Assembly (NCBI GenBank): GCA_963748815.1
Contig: CAVVKJ010000019.1
Location: 1 to 64,000 of the forward strand
Direction: 5' to 3'
Source of the DNA: an uncultured Gemmatimonadales bacterium
Lineage (GTDB): Bacteria; Gemmatimonadota; Gemmatimonadetes; Gemmatimonadales; GWC2-71-9
Length of the DNA: 64,000 nt
How positions within the stretch are numbered: position 1 is the stretch's first letter; every line of letters starts with the position of its first letter. Made by a program: the position numbers and the translations under genes. The notes beneath the pieces are model-generated. The model saw only the letters and a program-made list of their open reading frames with translations. It was not told where the DNA came from and searched no databases. Of the stretch, positions 61,512 to 64,000 are shown piece by piece.

Positions 61512-62214
61512 GCAATCAGCGAACCCTGCTGTCACACCCCCATGCGATTGTTCGGGTCAACCGTACCACCAACCCGAGCGTGCAATGGACTACCCGTCGA
61601 ACCCACTAACTCTCTTTCCTCCTGCAATCCATGAGCTGCTCGACCGGCAATGCAAGTCCTGGAAGCCACACCACGCCGCACTTGTTGTTGTCTTTCGTGT
61701 ATGGCAACTCGGTGCAGCGCTTCGGTGGAACGTGGCGCCTCCTCCCTGTTCTACGGATTGGTGCGACTCGAATTGGCGTGTGAGCTCCGACCGACTTGGC
61801 TGGCTGGCCGAAGGCAGGGAGTACGTCCGTCGGAGTTCGGGCCTCACTTCATCAGCCTCGTGGCGGGGTGGAGTTGGGCCGGCCGGAACACGTTCCTCAT
61901 CGGGGGTTTCCGCCTGCCGCATCGTACACGCCTCAAGCGGCGGTACCGCGGAGTCTCCGCATGCTGAGCGGGCAATCCAGCGCCGCGCAGCGTGAATTTC
62001 CGACAGTGTTCGCGGCTTCGCGCGAAGAGGGAACGGTCACCTTCTGGAAGGCGCGCGCGGCCAAGTGCGCGTGCCCCCGGTGTCGGAGCATGAAGTCATC
62101 CTGGAACCGGGTCTCAAGAAGTCGCTGCTCGACTGGCTGGACCATTTCTGGAATCAGCAGTCAGCGGCTCGGAACTGGGCCTGACGCCGAGGGGACCCCG
62201 CTCGGCCACACCCA

Positions 62215-62693
62215 TCATCTCCGTGTAGCCAGCCGGAATAGGTCCAGTCCCGGCCTTCCCGGACGGGATGGCCATCTGTATGTCGCCACCACCTCAGGGC
62301 GGCAAGCCGATTGCTTCAGCCGATGCTCGGCCTCTCGCGCCAGCTCGGCGAACCGCTGCACGAGGACTTGTCGGCGAGCACCCGGGCGGTGTGTGGCGCG
62401 CATCCGTCCAATGTGAAGTAATTGTTCTCGGCGTCCCCCGTTGTGTATCGGGCGGCTCGCGCCAAGGGATCGTGATCCAGTCGCACCGTTGTCGTGGAGG
62501 ATGTACAGGGCAAGCCAGCGGGTAGGACGCCGCGTCTGTTCGCCGGAAGAACAGGCCGCTCGGTGCGTTCGCGGAGACGATCCGAAGGCCGCTGGTAGCC
62601 GCGCTTGTGCAGTTCGTGCACCATCTGGAGGACGCGCACTGCCCGGCGGACAATGGGCTCAGGCGAGCGGACGCTCGGCTTGGGAGTAGCCAT
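62215..62693 (-). CDS. Conserved hypothetical protein (frameshifted, 3' end uncertain)
   Basis: RVLQMVHELHKRGYQR/LRIVS..PSG, ARYTTG..NNYF/WTDA, TARVLADK pieced across frames. Confidence 0.45.
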
Positions 62694-63470
62694 CTAGAAT
62701 GCCCTTTCTGCGGCTTGGAGGCAGCAGGAGATGGAGCACGCGCATTGAATGGCCAAGGCGAGCATCCTACGCCAGGCCACCATCTCCATGCGAAGTCGGT
62801 ACTCGTCGCGAGGAGGATTCTCGGGGAAGCAGACCGCGTCGCCTCGGCGGATTCGCCTGGCAGTCCAGAGGCCAGCGAACGCATTGAGGATGTCATCCGC
62901 CTCACAGCCGAGGTCTTGGCGTGCGGTGAGGGCGGCATCGATAGCTCCCCCAAACTCCGTCCGAAGGAGTCCCGCCCGTCTTGCCTGACCTTCTGGTGAA
63001 CGCTTCTTCGCGACAATCGGCTCGCCCCCCGCCAGGTGAAAGAAGCAGAGCTCGGGATGGACTTCGCGCACATGACCCCGGAGGGAGGGGTCACCCCGCA
63101 TCAGATCGTCGACCTCACGAATCTTCGGGAGGATTGCCCAGGCCTGTTTCGACAGGGCCCGACCCTCGATGCGGCGCCCGATGGCACAGGCGTCCGAATA
63201 GGTGGATGCCGTGAGCATCGGCCGGATCGGGGCCGTGAACACTGAACGACCTCTCGGCTGTCCGAGCAGTTGGCGCGCCGCGATGTCGCACTCGCGGCTG
63301 CCAGACGACATCAGCCCTATCGGGATATCAAGCGCCAGAAGTTCCGGCGGGTTCGGTGAATCAAGAAGAGCCCGGACCGACGGCACGACCTCCCAGGAGA
63401 TTCGCCCGTCCGCACTCTCGCGGATCACGGCCCAGCCGCCCTTGCACCCGTCCGCTCCGGCAATGATCAC
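62694..63470 (-). CDS. DUF429 predicted RNase H-like nuclease
   Basis: GADGCKGGW, LDIPIGL, RECDIAAR, SVF, KIREVD, EVHPE, DDIL; the C-terminus may be over-extended. Confidence 0.88.
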   Translation of the reverse strand: MIIAGADGCKGGWAVIRESADGRISWEVVPSVRALLDSPNPPELLALDIPIGLMSSGSRECDIAARQLLGQPRGRSVFTAPIRPMLTASTYSDACAIGRRIEGRALSKQAWAILPKIREVDDLMRGDPSLRGHVREVHPELCFFHLAGGEPIVAKKRSPEGQARRAGLLRTEFGGAIDAALTARQDLGCEADDILNAFAGLWTARRIRRGDAVCFPENPPRDEYRLRMEMVAWRRMLALAIQCACSISCCLQAAERAF

Positions 63471-63498
63471 GAGGCGGCACCACCTTCTCAACGGAGAA

Positions 63499-64000
63499 TC
63501 AGCCACGCTTCACCTGACACTTCGCCAACTCTACCAGCACCCCGTGACACCCGATCCCCACAATCTGCACACGCCAACGCTGGGCCACCGTCCGCGGGAC
63601 CCGGGCGGCGTGCGAGCCGGGGTTCCGGTCCTTCGCCAAGGCGTCGAGAATGGGGGGCAGCTGCGTCGCGTACCACCCGCCGTTCTCCAGCCGCTTCCCC
63701 AGGAATTGCGCCCGCTCACGGTCCCCGCCGATCACGCGCGCAAGCTGCCCAAGCGACAGCGAGCCGCTCCGGGCCAAGTCCTCCGTCGAGCCATCGATGT
63801 TCGCCAGCCGGATCGCCTCCGGCGCGTCTTGCAACGCACAGAGAAGGATCCGGTTCACCTGTACTTCGACGGCCTTGGCCAACGGCCCCATCGACGCCTG
63901 AAAGTCGAAGGCGTCATCCTCCCGATGATCGCGGAACACCTTCTCCCCGGTCGCGACAAACGTCCGGGCAACCGGATTCGAGGGCCTGCCACGCGGCGTC
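63499..64000 (-). CDS. C-terminal part of a protein with a putative HEPN domain (5' truncated)
   Basis: Helical DF...KAVE...SLGQL...RNPGSH (R-x4-H). Confidence 0.6.
   Translation of the reverse strand, partial: TPRGRPSNPVARTFVATGEKVFRDHREDDAFDFQASMGPLAKAVEVQVNRILLCALQDAPEAIRLANIDGSTEDLARSGSLSLGQLARVIGGDRERAQFLGKRLENGGWYATQLPPILDALAKDRNPGSHAARVPRTVAQRWRVQIVGIGCHGVLVELAKCQVKRG

Noticed and set aside
61512..62214. Coding region between the UDG-like and 62693 genes
   Set aside because: No frame gives a recognisable protein; possibly a degraded or mis-sequenced gene, left uncalled.

Overview
High-GC bacterial window; the kinase/TolB-propeller expansion, Ig-like surface proteins and DUF2911 proteins suggest Gemmatimonadota (inference, not checked). 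Many genes carry 1-2 bp frameshifts clustered at about 0.25-5 kb, 26-28 kb, 52.5-55.6 kb and 61-62.8 kb, most simply long-read consensus indels, so broken genes are listed as CDS with caveats. 0-29 kb: an array of membrane Ser/Thr kinases (five kinase-TM-PD40 propeller genes plus a partial sixth, and one Zn-ribbon-kinase-TolB_N-TPR gene) interleaved with DPP-IV, MFS, two DUF2911, GH36, SSS and an Ig-like protein. 29-55 kb: metabolic/housekeeping genes (serine hydrolase, KimA-like APC permease divergent from a short kdpD-kdpE, tRNA-Phe, PLP decarboxylase, upp, beta-CASP nuclease, iorAB-like, chaA). 55-64 kb: a defence-island-like string of small genes (RHH-nucleotidyltransferase-macro, GxxExxY, SGNH, MerR-vWA, UDG-like, DUF429, HEPN-like). 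The best candidate for a new system is a GxxExxY nuclease gene bounded by perfect 26-bp inverted (CGCGAAGN)n repeats. Copies of that repeat mark the neighbouring gene boundaries and recur up to 46 kb away. At least six small repeat families occur; they stack together, fuse, supply stop codons or an RBS, and one sits inside kinase coding sequence.
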